A DNA stretch of 64,000 bases, from assembly GCA_051530055.1 (NCBI GenBank), contig JBMGUZ010000005.1, forward strand, positions 71,736-135,735. Direction: 5' to 3'. Both the position numbers and the translations under genes were made by a program. Positions 11,450 through 23,149 of the stretch are shown one piece after another. Below the pieces are notes generated by a model. That model searched no databases. It was not told the DNA's origin and worked only from the letters and a program-made list of their open reading frames with translations. The stretch's first letter is position 1. Each line of letters begins with the position of its first letter. The DNA is from Neoechinorhynchus agilis (lineage: Eukaryota > Animalia > Acanthocephala).

Positions 11450-12335
11450 GATGTCGACAAAGATGGGTGGGTTCCAAGATGTTGGGTTAATTCGTCGTTC
11501 TCAACCCCCAAGAAATTACGCTATTGATCTCAGAATGGCGTGAGAACCTTCCTCCTGACTATTGGCAAACGAAACCGTGTCGCCCGAAAGCATCAACCAA
11601 AGACCCACATCGAAAGCGATGGGGCGTGCATATCGGGACACCAAGTCTTAAGGAAACTGCGATCCTCGTTACCTCATCAGTGAGAAGAGTTCCCAGGGAT
11701 GCCAGAGGAGCAGACTCCAACCACGCCCCGATTTTCGTGTCGAAATTGCCGACAATCGAGAAACCTGAAAGTAGAGAGCTGTGAGTTCTCGCGGCGAAAG
11801 GCCTTTCCCAGATCAACTGTCTGAGGCCATTTACGGGAACATTGTTAGTTCCTGCATGCTGGTACCATTCTTCAACTGCCACCACAAATTCTTGGTCAAG
11901 ACAAAACTTTTCCCTTAGAATTTTCTTCGCCAAGAAAGGCATGACACAGGCAATGAAGATTGTCGCCACGCCTCATCTGAGAGCTGTACATTTAAAATAC
12001 GCTAGAGACAAGCCCTCACCTTGTCGTCGAGCTCGGCCAATCCTTCTTTATGTTTGAAGATTGTTGCCAATAACAATTTCGGGATAAAGAGTGCGTTCTT
12101 TATCCGAAATAATGCTTCGTGAGCCGAAAGAGCGCTGACCCTATCACACAGCAACGATAGTTTCGGTATGATGCGGCCGATCTCAGCTTCCACATTTGAA
12201 TCAAATGCGCAACTACCCAGGAGGCTGAGTTGCTCTGGAGGCTGAACTCTATGTCCATTCTCGAGGTCTCCCTAATCAGCGTCTCCAAATCGCGCAGTAC
12301 AACGGAGGGATCACCTCCGAGCGTAGCCGAATACC
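11450..12335 (-). mobile_element. CRE-clade non-LTR retrotransposon family 1, decayed, copy 1
   Basis: RT C-terminus plus CCHC/RLE start (CGSLVDAFGRHGFVCQ...RHSEIN); 3' end truncated and fused to segment F. Confidence 0.85.
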
Positions 12336-12354
12336 ATAATTTGTTCAATGACTT

Positions 12355-13440
12355 TTACCTAGGCAAGGAAACTGTTTATAATGCTGGTAAGCATTCTTCA
12401 GAATGAAAGTCACAAAGAGTTTTGACCACGTTGTTGAGGCCCGAGGTTTTAATCCACGATGTGGCTGCTTGCTGCGAAGGTACGAATTTTTTCTTAGAGA
12501 CAACGCGATACCATTGAGAAGAGTTGGGAAGGAGTGATTTGATCCTACCTCTATCCTTGTTCAGTTGGAAACGAGCTCTACAAGGCCAGTGTAATGCTGA
12601 CCAGAATTTAATTCCTCCCGTAAAGGGAAAGAGCACGCGGGGTTTCATCGAAGCAATTAATTTGCCTAACTATAGTTAGGAGTCTACACCCGGTAAATAA
12701 GTATTTATTAAAGACGTTTCGAAGCTCGTAACTCTTCGAGCCTTGCTTCCAATGGCCAGAGGTCTTTGAGCACAATGTCCCCATTTTTGACACTTGTTGC
12801 ATTTCGGATAGGTACAGTCTTGTTGTGAAATTTTGTTTATAAAGAATTTTACTTCCATAGATTGAAAAGAGCATGGAGATGTTGTTAGCTTGTCTTGAAC
12901 AGCAACAGGTGTTTTAACCACTGCCCGAGGAATCAGTTTCCCACGTAGTAAAGACTTTAAGAAGAATAACAGCTTACATCCGAACTTTTCGAAAGCGACC
13001 CTGTCTTCATTATCTATCTCCGGTGAGAGGTCGGAAACGATGAACGTAAATGTATAGCTTTAATCCGTGTATTGCAGGATAGCATCATCCTTAAATCTAG
13101 TAAGGAAAAACTCCTGAATTGTTTCTTAAATAAATCGGAGATGAAGTGAATTTTCAAAACTAAACCATTAAGCGAAATTGACTTAATATGATTGTAATCA
13201 TCTTTGAGTGATTTGAGCTACGGCGCTGCGTAAGCCTTGTTAAGGGATTCCCTGGGTTGAACGGGGTTCGTCGTTATTGAGATCCAAAATGGTCATTTTT
13301 TAACTTGGTATCGAGGTACTGTGAATCCCTTGAATTCGCACGATGTTGAGGTTTTCGTTGTATGTTCCCGAGGTGTTCATGGCTCACTCCATGAATGAAA
13401 ATCCACCCATGTCTTCGTCCATATCCATTGATTCCGTCAC
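12355..13440 (-). mobile_element. LINE ORF1 (gag-like zinc knuckle) remnant, copy 1
   Basis: YPKCNKCQKWGH knuckle; colinear with 34610-34982 plus 37346-38030. Confidence 0.6.
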
Positions 13441-13479
13441 TTAGTCGTCTTAACGAGTTTAATTCATTGTTTTAACATT

Positions 13480-14330
13480 ATTTTCTGGTCGACATGAAAA
13501 AATACAAAATTAATGATTTGTTATTGATTTGGTTTCGATTTGTAGAGGGAACATAACGCGTTTTATTAATAATGCGTTCAAATGGGCATAAATTTTTGTT
13601 CATTGGTACACTCGACAGTGTTCGACCGGTTGAGATAATACATTTTTTAAGAGCAATAAATAACCTTAGCACTGAATTGTAAAGACCTTTAGAGTTTGTT
13701 GAAGAAACAAAGTCAAATGAAACGTTAATGTAATCTTTCTGGCGAAAAGCTAAAGTTATAAAACCTTTTGCGTAAATGCTAAAATTGGTTTTTGGAAGTA
13801 TGAATTCATTTCCTTCAGGATGTCAATGCTTCGCGGTCACATTGACATCTTCAATGTCCATTTTCATCCCTAATTGTGGAATTGAAACAAACAGAAATCT
13901 TCATCGATGGTAACAAAAATTTTCTTTAATTTTTTTCGGTGCCCTCTGAAGCGTCCGAGCGGACACTGTACTCGTCATTGGGCTTTGGCCTGAGGCCGCA
14001 ACTTACTGTAAATTGTTTCGAGATAGAAGTGAAAGTTAGAAAGCTGTTTTTCGCAGTGAGAGTTCGTTAGCGAAAATCGATACTCTTTTGATGTTCTTTG
14101 CAAAGTGAGCCTTACCTTAACTCACGGAGAAAAACTTCTTGCGCTCTTCGCTATCTATGAACTCGTCAATAAACACCTTACCTTGAAAGTTGCGACGAAT
14201 TCAACAGAGCTTAAAAAACTAAAATTATACTTAATTTTTACCTTTCAATACAAGTATATTTGAATCTTTGCTAAAAACCAAAGGGAATGAAATATAAAAG
14301 TCGTTAAAATAAATCGTGCATTCAAAAATT
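13480..14330 (-). pseudogene. PTP-like gene remnant, copy 2
   Basis: KDYINVSF variant of the DYINAS motif; same exon/intron-like layout as the other copies. Confidence 0.4.
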
Positions 14331-15554
14331 AACTTCATTGGGGTTGAGTCAAGAGTTTTCATCGCAAATTCTACTTAGTATACAACGCCTATGCTTTTTC
14401 GAGGCAATAAAAAGAATTAACGATATTCTTCAGGTCATTTCAAGCCAATGGTCGTCTTTCAAGGAAAATAACTACAAGACCGCTTTTTTAGACATATTAG
14501 AATATTTCACAACGGAACAGCAAAGCTTGAAAATCTGTTTCTACCATCTTTGGACAGCATTTTATTAAAAATCGATAGAGACTTCTTGTTCGAAGAATGA
14601 AATGATGGATGAGCAATAGAAAGCTCAGGAAAATATTATTGCTACCATCAAAATTCGCATTCGATGCCCTAAAGTGTTGAATGGAGGTTTCGAGCATCGT
14701 CGTATCCGAATTTATTGGCAATACTTTAAGTGATTTAATGATCAAGAATTACCAAACGATCCGGTCATCTTTAAAAAATAATTTATATTAAATAGTTTTT
14801 ATTCGACGTTTTTTAGGTTGACCATGGTATAAAATATTTGAAATATTACAATATTGTTTGTGTAACTTTAAAAGACTGTAAAAATTATACGATCACAATT
14901 ATAGTTGCAAATGATTAAAAGGTATCAAATGATAAATTAAGATGTAGAACAAAGTAATTCTAATTTACAGCTTTGTCGTGCTTTGAGAACGGCGTTACCT
15001 CTGCACAACAAAACGTGCGCGGAAGGTCAAGTAATTTAAAAATTAAATTTTTGTAGAACCGTTAGAAAATCTTGTGTCCCCTTATCATAGATATTGCAAT
15101 TATTTTATTTTTTTGAAGTCTGATCAACCGGTAACTTTTATTCAGTTTCTATGTGGGGCCTTTTTACGGTTTATATCGGTGGGCTGCGCGCCCAAGGAAA
15201 ATTATCAGCCGTGAAAAAGGCTACACATAGATATTTTATTTTATATTTGAGCACTGATTTTGATCACGGCTGTTTAAAAAGAAACTCAAATCAACAGATG
15301 AATTGATTTACTTTTTAAAATATTTTCAATTTTCCATGGTATTTATCATAAGCACTTACTTTGAATAACTACAGTCGTAGAGATCAATAAATCGTTGTTT
15401 TGCAATCTTGTTTTACTTTATTCGATTAGAAAATAGTTTTACGCGGCCAAGTTTAATTCGAAAATCTGATGTTTGATTTAAAGAATGCTTGCCTTCACTG
15501 GATCTTATGTCAAGCAGAATTGCAGATGAATGTAAATTCATATGTACTATATCG

Positions 15555-17040
15555 ATTTATTTTTTCTTTACATTACATTGGGCCCATTACATGTCATCCG
15601 GACGCTGGCAGCGTTCCATCGCTGGACCGCCAGACTCAAGTTTTGTCGCAAGAAAGTGATTGACTGCGGCTCCGTCGCATTCGCGATACGTCGCCCCAGT
15701 TCATTCACGAATTCCGCTGCGGCCTTTTCAAATGCCCCGTAAGTCTCTACTCCGAAAGGCAGGAATAAAAACTGAGAGGCTAACTCATGATACTTCGCGG
15801 TCCTACGTTCCTCCGCTCTCGTTGCCGCGGCTTCTGCGCCTAATTTAGCGGTCGTTATATTGCAGTTTGCCAGCGTATCGACGCATGTTGCGTCCCATAT
15901 AAGGCATCTGCCACGTGATCGGGGAAAGATCGTTACCTCGTCAGGACGTTTCCCGTCTGGGCGGCAGAGATTTTTTGGCTCCAGGATGCAGGGCACATGA
16001 ATCGATCTCAGCGCTCGACTTATGATAGCATTGATTTCAGCATGGCGGGGAAAACGTCCTGGGGACAGTTTACATGGGAGTCCCTTGGTGTCCACTGTGA
16101 CACCACATCGACATTTATGAGCGACGCAAATGTCCATTCCGAATCTGAGACAGTAAGCAATACGGAAGGTCTCATCATCCAGCAAAGTGCCCAAATTTGA
16201 GGATGGTAGAGCATCAAGCCAGGCTCCAGATTCTTTGGTCGAACAAGCAGCGAGACGGATCCCAGCCATTTTATCCATCTGGTCTTGTAATTGAGATTGA
16301 ACCCGATGAACGAGTGGAGAATCCAACGCTTGCTGTTTGTTGCTTTCTCCAGGTATCTGTGTTTGCCAGCTTAATGTTGTCCAATTTCACAAAAGCTCGA
16401 TCGAAATGCTCCGCGTTGACCTCATTAAAAATATTAGTTGAGTACTTAAGACTAGCACAAATGGAGGCAAGGAAAGCCGGTAAAGTGACATCTTTAGTCT
16501 GTAGTAGTCCGGAACCCCCACTTAATGTCGGTAATGTAGCTTGTCTCCATGATGTATCGTCAGAGGCGATGTTAAGCGTTTTCTCCAGCTCATCGCAAAA
16601 TAGGCAGTCCAATTTATCGAGGTCGTCCGTGTTGTCGAAGGCAGGAACAGTCCTTAGTTTGTGCAGGAGCTTAGGCATGAAGAGGCAGTTCTTTATCAAG
16701 AAGATTGCTTCATGGCTCTTCAAATCCGATGTTCTCTTGCATATCAGCTTTAGCTCTGAAGCGGTCATTTCAATATCCTTTGGAAGATTCTCCTTCATCA
16801 CGCAAGATCCCAATAGACGAAGCTTACTAAGATTAATGGTTTCTATTCCTAGTGCAACCGATGAAAACTCATCCAATATAATTGGCTCGTTTTTTCCCTT
16901 CATGTTTAGCAGCAGAATTTGGCACTTTGCGAAATTGAGTTGCAACCCCAGTTCTTTGGTTTTTTCTACGAGTATTTTAAAATCGTCCAGAACTATTGCT
17001 GCTACGTTTGTCGTTGTCGGACTTTACATCGTTGCCGAAA
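15555..17040 (-). mobile_element. CRE-clade non-LTR retrotransposon family 2, 5'-truncated, copy 1
   Basis: RT C-terminus, CCHC and RLE nuclease (RHAEINAII...LEPKNLCRPDGKRPD...LIWDATCVDT...FGVETYG); A-rich 3' tail near 15555-15570. Confidence 0.9.
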
Positions 17041-17679
17041 ACTAACTGTTAGTGAACTTTTCAAACTTTCAGCGCTTGCTTTATTCTCAAAAATATGAAT
17101 TTTGGACGCATTATCCATTTTTTATTTTTTAAAAACCTATTGTTAGTCGTCGTATGCGCTTTTGAAGAACTTCGGAATCGTTTTTAGATTCTAATAACCA
17201 AGAAATAAGCGTTTACGTTTTGGTTTTTAATTTTTTTGTCAGTTCAAACCTTAAAATAATTATGTTCTTTACGTAACATTCAGGCGCATTGCTTTTGGCT
17301 AATTTCAAAGCGATAATCGATGTTTTATTCTTTGAATGCCGAATAAGTTTAAAGGGTAAATACGGACCGCTATGCCAAATTCGACGTTTCGGGTTTTATG
17401 GACTTTTTCTTCCCATTTACACCAGCAAATAAAATAGAACAACAGTGCAATATTCTTCGTCCGTTTAACGATCCAAAATTAATGGTGAAATCTTTTGAAC
17501 CAGACAAATAATTTATTGCTTCCGGTTTTTTTATCGTTATGTTTGTTTATGGTGGAAATTGTGAAGGAGTTTTATTAAATCCCATAAAAGGAGCTCCGTT
17601 CAAAGGCCTAGATTTTTGTATCTACACGACGAAAGCTGAATCATTAGTTAGGTTTATCCAAGCCGTCCGAAAGCTTCTG

Positions 17680-18150
17680 GAGTCATTTATTCTGCAGTTC
17701 AGCAAATAGTCATCGTGTTCCCGCTTTGAACATTTAGCGAATCCGAAGTCGGTTACCTTTACTTAGCCGTTTTCTTTAACTAAAATATTCTCAGCTTTAA
17801 TATCCCAGTGGGCAACCTTAATTCGATGTAAATAATCGAAAACGAGGACAATTTGAGCTCTGATAAATCTATTTTATTCTTCACTAAATCATCGTTTTGC
17901 ACGCAAATGTTCATACAAATCTCCGGTTTGTATTAAATTCATCACAATGTACAAATGGCCGTTATACTTATACGATCCCTAGAAATCCACAATATTTGAA
18001 ATGAATATATTACTCAGCATTGCCTCTTCATTAACTGTTCGCTTTGTTTGTCTAGTTTGGAAGAGATGGAATTTTTCATGTACTTTTACTGCAAAATGAT
18101 CGTGTTGTGAGATCCATCAGAAACCTTCTTTGGATGGTCATTGAATGAAG
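17680..18150 (-). pseudogene. PKA catalytic subunit-like Ser/Thr kinase pseudogene, copy 1
   Basis: Manual translation: HFAVKV, RTVNEE, GDLYEHLR, AQIVLVFDYLH, HWDIKAENILV, G*VKVTDFGFAK, with stops and frameshifts. Confidence 0.8.
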
Positions 18151-18849
18151 ATGGAACCCAGACACCCTTCAAAAGAATCAATTTTTCGTTTCGTCCGAGG
18201 GACGAAAACAAAAATGAAAGAATGCTCAAGAAGTGGATTTTTATATCAACATTTAATTTTAGTTAATTTTTGTGATCTCGCTGATTTGTTGACTTGCTTA
18301 TGCGAGTTAATAAAATACCGAGATGTTCAACGTATTATGGAAAGTAGTCTTGGATAAATTAAAGGTTAGTCCAGTTTTCTATACGATTATTTATTAGTCC
18401 AACTCAAATCGATTAACTTGCTAATTCGTTGCAATCGTGGTGTTAATATATATTGATTTATTGTGTTAATATGATTATCCATTTATCCAAATATAATAAG
18501 ATGCGCCAAAATTTATTTTTTGAATTTTTCGATTTACGTTTTTGAAGACTCATGGGACCTTATTCTTAACGCCGCCAAACTCAGACCGATTATCACCTTT
18601 GACTTTACCGATCACATTTGAGGATTTCGTTTTAATGGACTAGCAGGCAAATTGATCAGAAAATGCCAGTTATCATTCAATTAACCGATTTTGAGAGGTA
18701 GAGATATAAAAGTAAATTCGAGTTTGGCGATGTTTTCCCCGGATTGTTGATGGTGTTGATCATTTATTTTAAAATATTTCGTAAGCATTTTGCTTACCCT
18801 TTCAGCTATATCTACAAATTAAGCTACAAGTCAGAATTTGACTATAGGC

Positions 18850-21800
18850 GTGGATCCGCGGGTTCGCCAAGCGCCGTGACCTACATATAAGCTGCGGTGA
18901 TCTAACGTTTTGTTTTGTCAAGGAGTTTCGGAATTACTAGCATATGATTCGCTTTCTTACGCTCCATGGTTACATTCCTATGATGTATATTGCCTCCATT
19001 ACCAATCTCCTCCGTAAATTAGCCTCAGGCTGTATTATTGATGCTCGTCGGAAGTCCACACGGTGTTTTTCCTTCTCCTGATGATTGGGGATCGCGGAGG
19101 AACCATCAAACCTCCTGCACGCCTGTTTGTGTTGCGCTAGTCTTTTGGACAATCCTTGCATCGTTTGCCCCACATAGATAGGATCACATTCGATGCATGG
19201 GATTTTATATACTCCTTTGTGGCATTCTCTACTGTTCTTCTTCTTGAGCAATCCCGTGGTAGTTAGACCTTTGTTGTACGAGATTCTTAGGTTCGGATAT
19301 TTCCTCTTCAGACTATTTAGCTTCTTACTTGTTGTATCGCTCACGAACTTAAGAGATCCATACATCTTGGGTTCGGCTGTCTTGGTTTCTTTTACTCATT
19401 TTGGACTGTTGATTCGTTGCGTGCCCCGCTTGATTATCAACCATTTCGATATTCTTGATTGAGTGTGCTCACTTTTGACGTTATTTGTTTGGCTCGTTGG
19501 AGGTAAGAAGTTACTGTGGATAGTTTGTGTTGCATAGGCTGGTAACTGGTCCATACTGGGGGTCCCCAAGTTAGGTTTATGGTACATCAACGTTTCGACT
19601 GTACCTCTTTTTGCCCGATCCATGAAGGAGATGTGACCATTTTCCTCTTGCTCAACTGACCATTGAATATCACTACTTCGCTAATGACTGGTCCATACTG
19701 GGAGTCCCGAAGGTAAGTTAGGTTTATGGTACATCAACGTTTCGACTGTGCTTCTTTTTGGCCGATACATGAAAGAGATGTGACCATTTTCCTCTTGCTC
19801 AACCTACCATTGAATATCACTACTTCGCTAATGACTGGTCCATACTGGGAGTCCCGAAGGTAAGTTAGGTTTATGGTACATCAACGTTTCGACTGTGCTT
19901 CTTTTTGGCCGATCCATGAAAGAGATGTGACCATTTTCCTCTTTCTCGACTGACCATTGAATATCACTACTTCGCTAATGACTGGTCCATACTGGGAGTC
20001 CCGAAGGTAAGTTAGGTTTATGGTACATCAACGTTTCGACTGTGCTTCTTTTTGGCCGATCCATGAAAGAGATGTGACCATTTTCCTCTTGCTCAACTGA
20101 CCATTGAATATCACTACTTCGCTAATGACTGGTCCATACTGGGAGTCCCGAAGGTAAGTTAGGTTTATGGTACATCAACGTTTCGACTGTGCTTCTTTTT
20201 GGCCGATCCATGAAAGAGATGTGACCATTTTCTTCTTGCTCAACCTACCATTGAATATCACTACTTCGCTAATGACTGGTCCATACTGGGAGTCCCGAAG
20301 GTAAGTTAGGTTTATGGTACATCAACGTTTCGACTGTGCTTCTTTTTGCCCGATCCATGAAAGAGATGTGACCATTTTCCTCTTGCTCAACTGACCATTG
20401 AATATCACTACTTCGCTAATGACTGGTCCATACTGGGAGTCCCGAAGGTAAGTTAGGTTTATGGTACATCAACGTTTCGACTGTGCCTCTTTTTGCCCGA
20501 TCCATGAAAGAGATGTGACCATTTTCCTCTTTCTCGACTGACCATTGAATATCACTACTTCGCTAATGACTGGTCCATACTGGGAGTCCCGAAGGTAAGT
20601 TAGGTTTATGGTACATCAACGTTTCGACTGTGCTTCTTTTTGGCCGATCCATGAAAGAGATGTGACCATTTTCCTCTTGCTCAACTTACCATTGAATATC
20701 ACTACTTCGCTAATGACTGGTCCATACTGGGAGTCCCGAAGGTAAGTTAGGTTTATGGTACATCAACGTTTCGACTGTGCTTCTTTTTGGCCGATACATG
20801 AAAGAGATGTGACCATTTTCCTCTTTCTCGACTGACCATTGAATATCACTACTTCGCTAATGACTGGTCCATACTGGGAGTCCCGAAGGTTAGTTAGGTT
20901 TATGGTACATCAACGTTTCGACTGTGCCTCTTTTTGCCCGATCCATGAAAGAGATGTGACCATTTTTCTCTTTCTCGACTGACCATTGAATATCACCACT
21001 TACTTCGCTGGTGACTGGTCTATACTGGGGGTCCCCAAGTTAGGCATATGGTACATCACCGTTTCGACTGTACCTCTTTTTGATCGATCCATAAAGGAGA
21101 TGTGACCATTTTCCTCTTGCTCAACTGACCATTGAATATCACTACTTCGCTAATGACTGGTCCATACTGGGAGTCCCGAGGGTAAGTTAGGTTTATGGTA
21201 CATCGACGTTTCGACTGTACCTATTTTTGCCCGATCCACCTCTTGCTCAACTGACCATTGAATATCGCTACTTCATTTAAATCTTCCTTAAGTCTGTTAT
21301 GGTCGATATTCTGGTTCGTAATGATAAACGCATCATCCACATATCTTCTCTTCAACCTATGATGTATCGTTTGGAGGTTAGAAACTTGTCCTCCCATTTG
21401 CGCATATAAAGGTCTGCCAGGACTGGTGCTGGAGGTGATCCCATAGCCATACCATCATACTGTTCATAATATTTGTGATTGAATTCGAATGACGTTTTAC
21501 ACGTACACCAACTTAGGAGGTCCAGTCCTGGTTCAGGACAATTCTGTTCTAGTAAATAAGCAGCCATATTCATTGTCTCCACTAATGAGATGTTAGTAGA
21601 TCGAGAATTAACGCCCGCTGTGAAAAATTGATGTTCGTGATGTTGTCCCTGTCTGATGAAAGCAGCGAAAGCTGGGCTATCGGCAATATACGAGGTCGCA
21701 GGTGGTTGAGATTGCCGAAGTATACTATTTATTTTCGTTGCCAATTTGGGATTGAACGAATCATATGAAGCGATGATCTGACGGAATTGTAAACTCGGCT

Positions 21801-22500
21801 TATGTATTTTGGGGGATAAATATAAAGACGCGCTGGATGCGAATGTGGATTTCGTTTGCTGATGAAAGAGATTCGATATGCGCGACGAATTGACTAATTT
21901 TCTTAACATCGAGTTCAGTTCCGTCTCCCTCTTCCTTGTAGGGTCATAATGGAGTTCCTTGAATTTTTAAGACGAGAGTAGATTGTGGGCAGCTATATTG
22001 TATTCATCTAAATCGACGACGACTGTGGCTCTTCTTTTGTCTGATTTTAGTATGGCAATTGACTCGATTTTTTTATGCTGGCAAGAATCTCGTTCGCCCC
22101 TTTCTGTAATCTTCTGTTGTGGTGCCTTACGGTGATATCATATCCACTAATAGTACACAATTCATTTGGTCAATCCTTGATTAGTAGCTCCGTATCCACG
22201 CTTATCTCTTTATCTTTCAGATTGTTAGCTGCTACATAGTCTGGACCTTTGTTCAATAACGTTTTATCTTCTGCTCTGAAAATATAACCAGAGTAGTTGA
22301 CGAAGTATTCTCTCCTCGCAGTCTGTTTGGGTCTCAATCGTTCTTATTTCTTTTGGTGTCTTGCTTTAAGATTACTAAGCGCTGCTTGATTGTTCAGCCG
22401 CATGTTTTATCTGGTGATGATTGTTTGATAGACAATCCGACTGAAAAATTGATTTTATTAAAATCTCAAGCTTTCGCCGTCCAACGACTTCTTCAGGGTG
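18850..22500 (-). mobile_element. Penelope-like element 1 (RT + GIY-YIG) with an internal tandem array
   Basis: IAILKSDK..., DGMAMGSP, RYVDD (~21320-21340) and GVYKIPCIECDPIYVGQT...RLAQH in the canonical order; frameshifted. Confidence 0.9.
19544..21280. repeat. Tandem array of ~12 units: nine exact 147-bp periods plus 142-151 bp and truncated edge units, derived from PLE RT coding sequence
   Basis: Unit starts at 19544, 19686, 19833, 19980, 20127, 20274, 20421, 20568, 20715, 20862, 21013, 21155. Minus-strand translation DIQWSVEQEENGHISFMD...ETLMYHKP...VWTSH*. Confidence 0.97.
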
Positions 22501-23149
22501 TAATCTGCAATGCGAGTGGAGTGGAATGGAGGTTCACAGGAGATTCATGACGGCAGACAACTCATCCTTCTGGTTAATGAGTGTCCTACCGACCGACCGA
22601 TGCCCGCTAGAGTCCTTCAGTCTATATCCTGCTACGTGTGTTGACGCAAACACTTAGCCACTTGATGTCCTCTGAATTAAGGGTGTTGATGAGATGTTCC
22701 CATATTTTTAGCGATGATTGTTTGAGAGAAATTTGCTTAGAATTTGGCATCAATAGGGTTGCCTTGACCGTTGCCCATTGTGAAAACAAAAAAACGTATA
22801 GACAAAATCCAAAAATCATTATACTTAACCAGTTTTTTCTTGGCTAGGACACATCTAATAAACGATGGGATCGTTATTGCAATACCTCTACCACCGACGA
22901 CACCGATGCCGTCCCCGAGCGAAGCGGGGGGGTCCCTTCTATCTAGCGTTTAAATATTGCTGGTGCTGAACTTATACTGAAGAGTAATCGGGTGTATCTA
23001 AAGAATCCTCTATTATTGGCCACCGTGAGAAATCGTCTTGATTGGTTCTCAACAGGCAGTTGTAGATATGCATCCTTAAGATCCGGTAGCGAATACTGTT
23101 ATCCGCCTGATATCTTACAAATTATTTCGCCCACGTTGGTAAAATATAA

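Larger units (their letters stand above)
13450..17656. repeat. Composite duplicon block alpha (PTP-like remnant, segment J, CRE family 2, segment K), copy 1
   Basis: Matches 48955-52876; the provided 224-aa and 282-aa ORF translations are identical between copies. Confidence 0.95.

Noticed and set aside
15178-15210. Helitron 3' hairpin (TGGGC-tgcgc-GCCCA)
   Set aside because: It is followed by TCAG rather than CTRR|T, and homology continues past it.
16197-17045. 282-aa plus-strand ORF (also 51427-52275)
   Set aside because: Antisense shadow of the CRE RT. Its identity between copies reflects the recent duplication.
18900-18970. Hammerhead ribozyme at the PLE1 3' end
   Set aside because: GAAAC and a weak stem are present, but there is no intact CTGANGA box.
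19544-21280. CRISPR array
   Set aside because: Units are contiguous near-identical repeats with no unique spacers, translate to PLE RT, and the context is eukaryotic.
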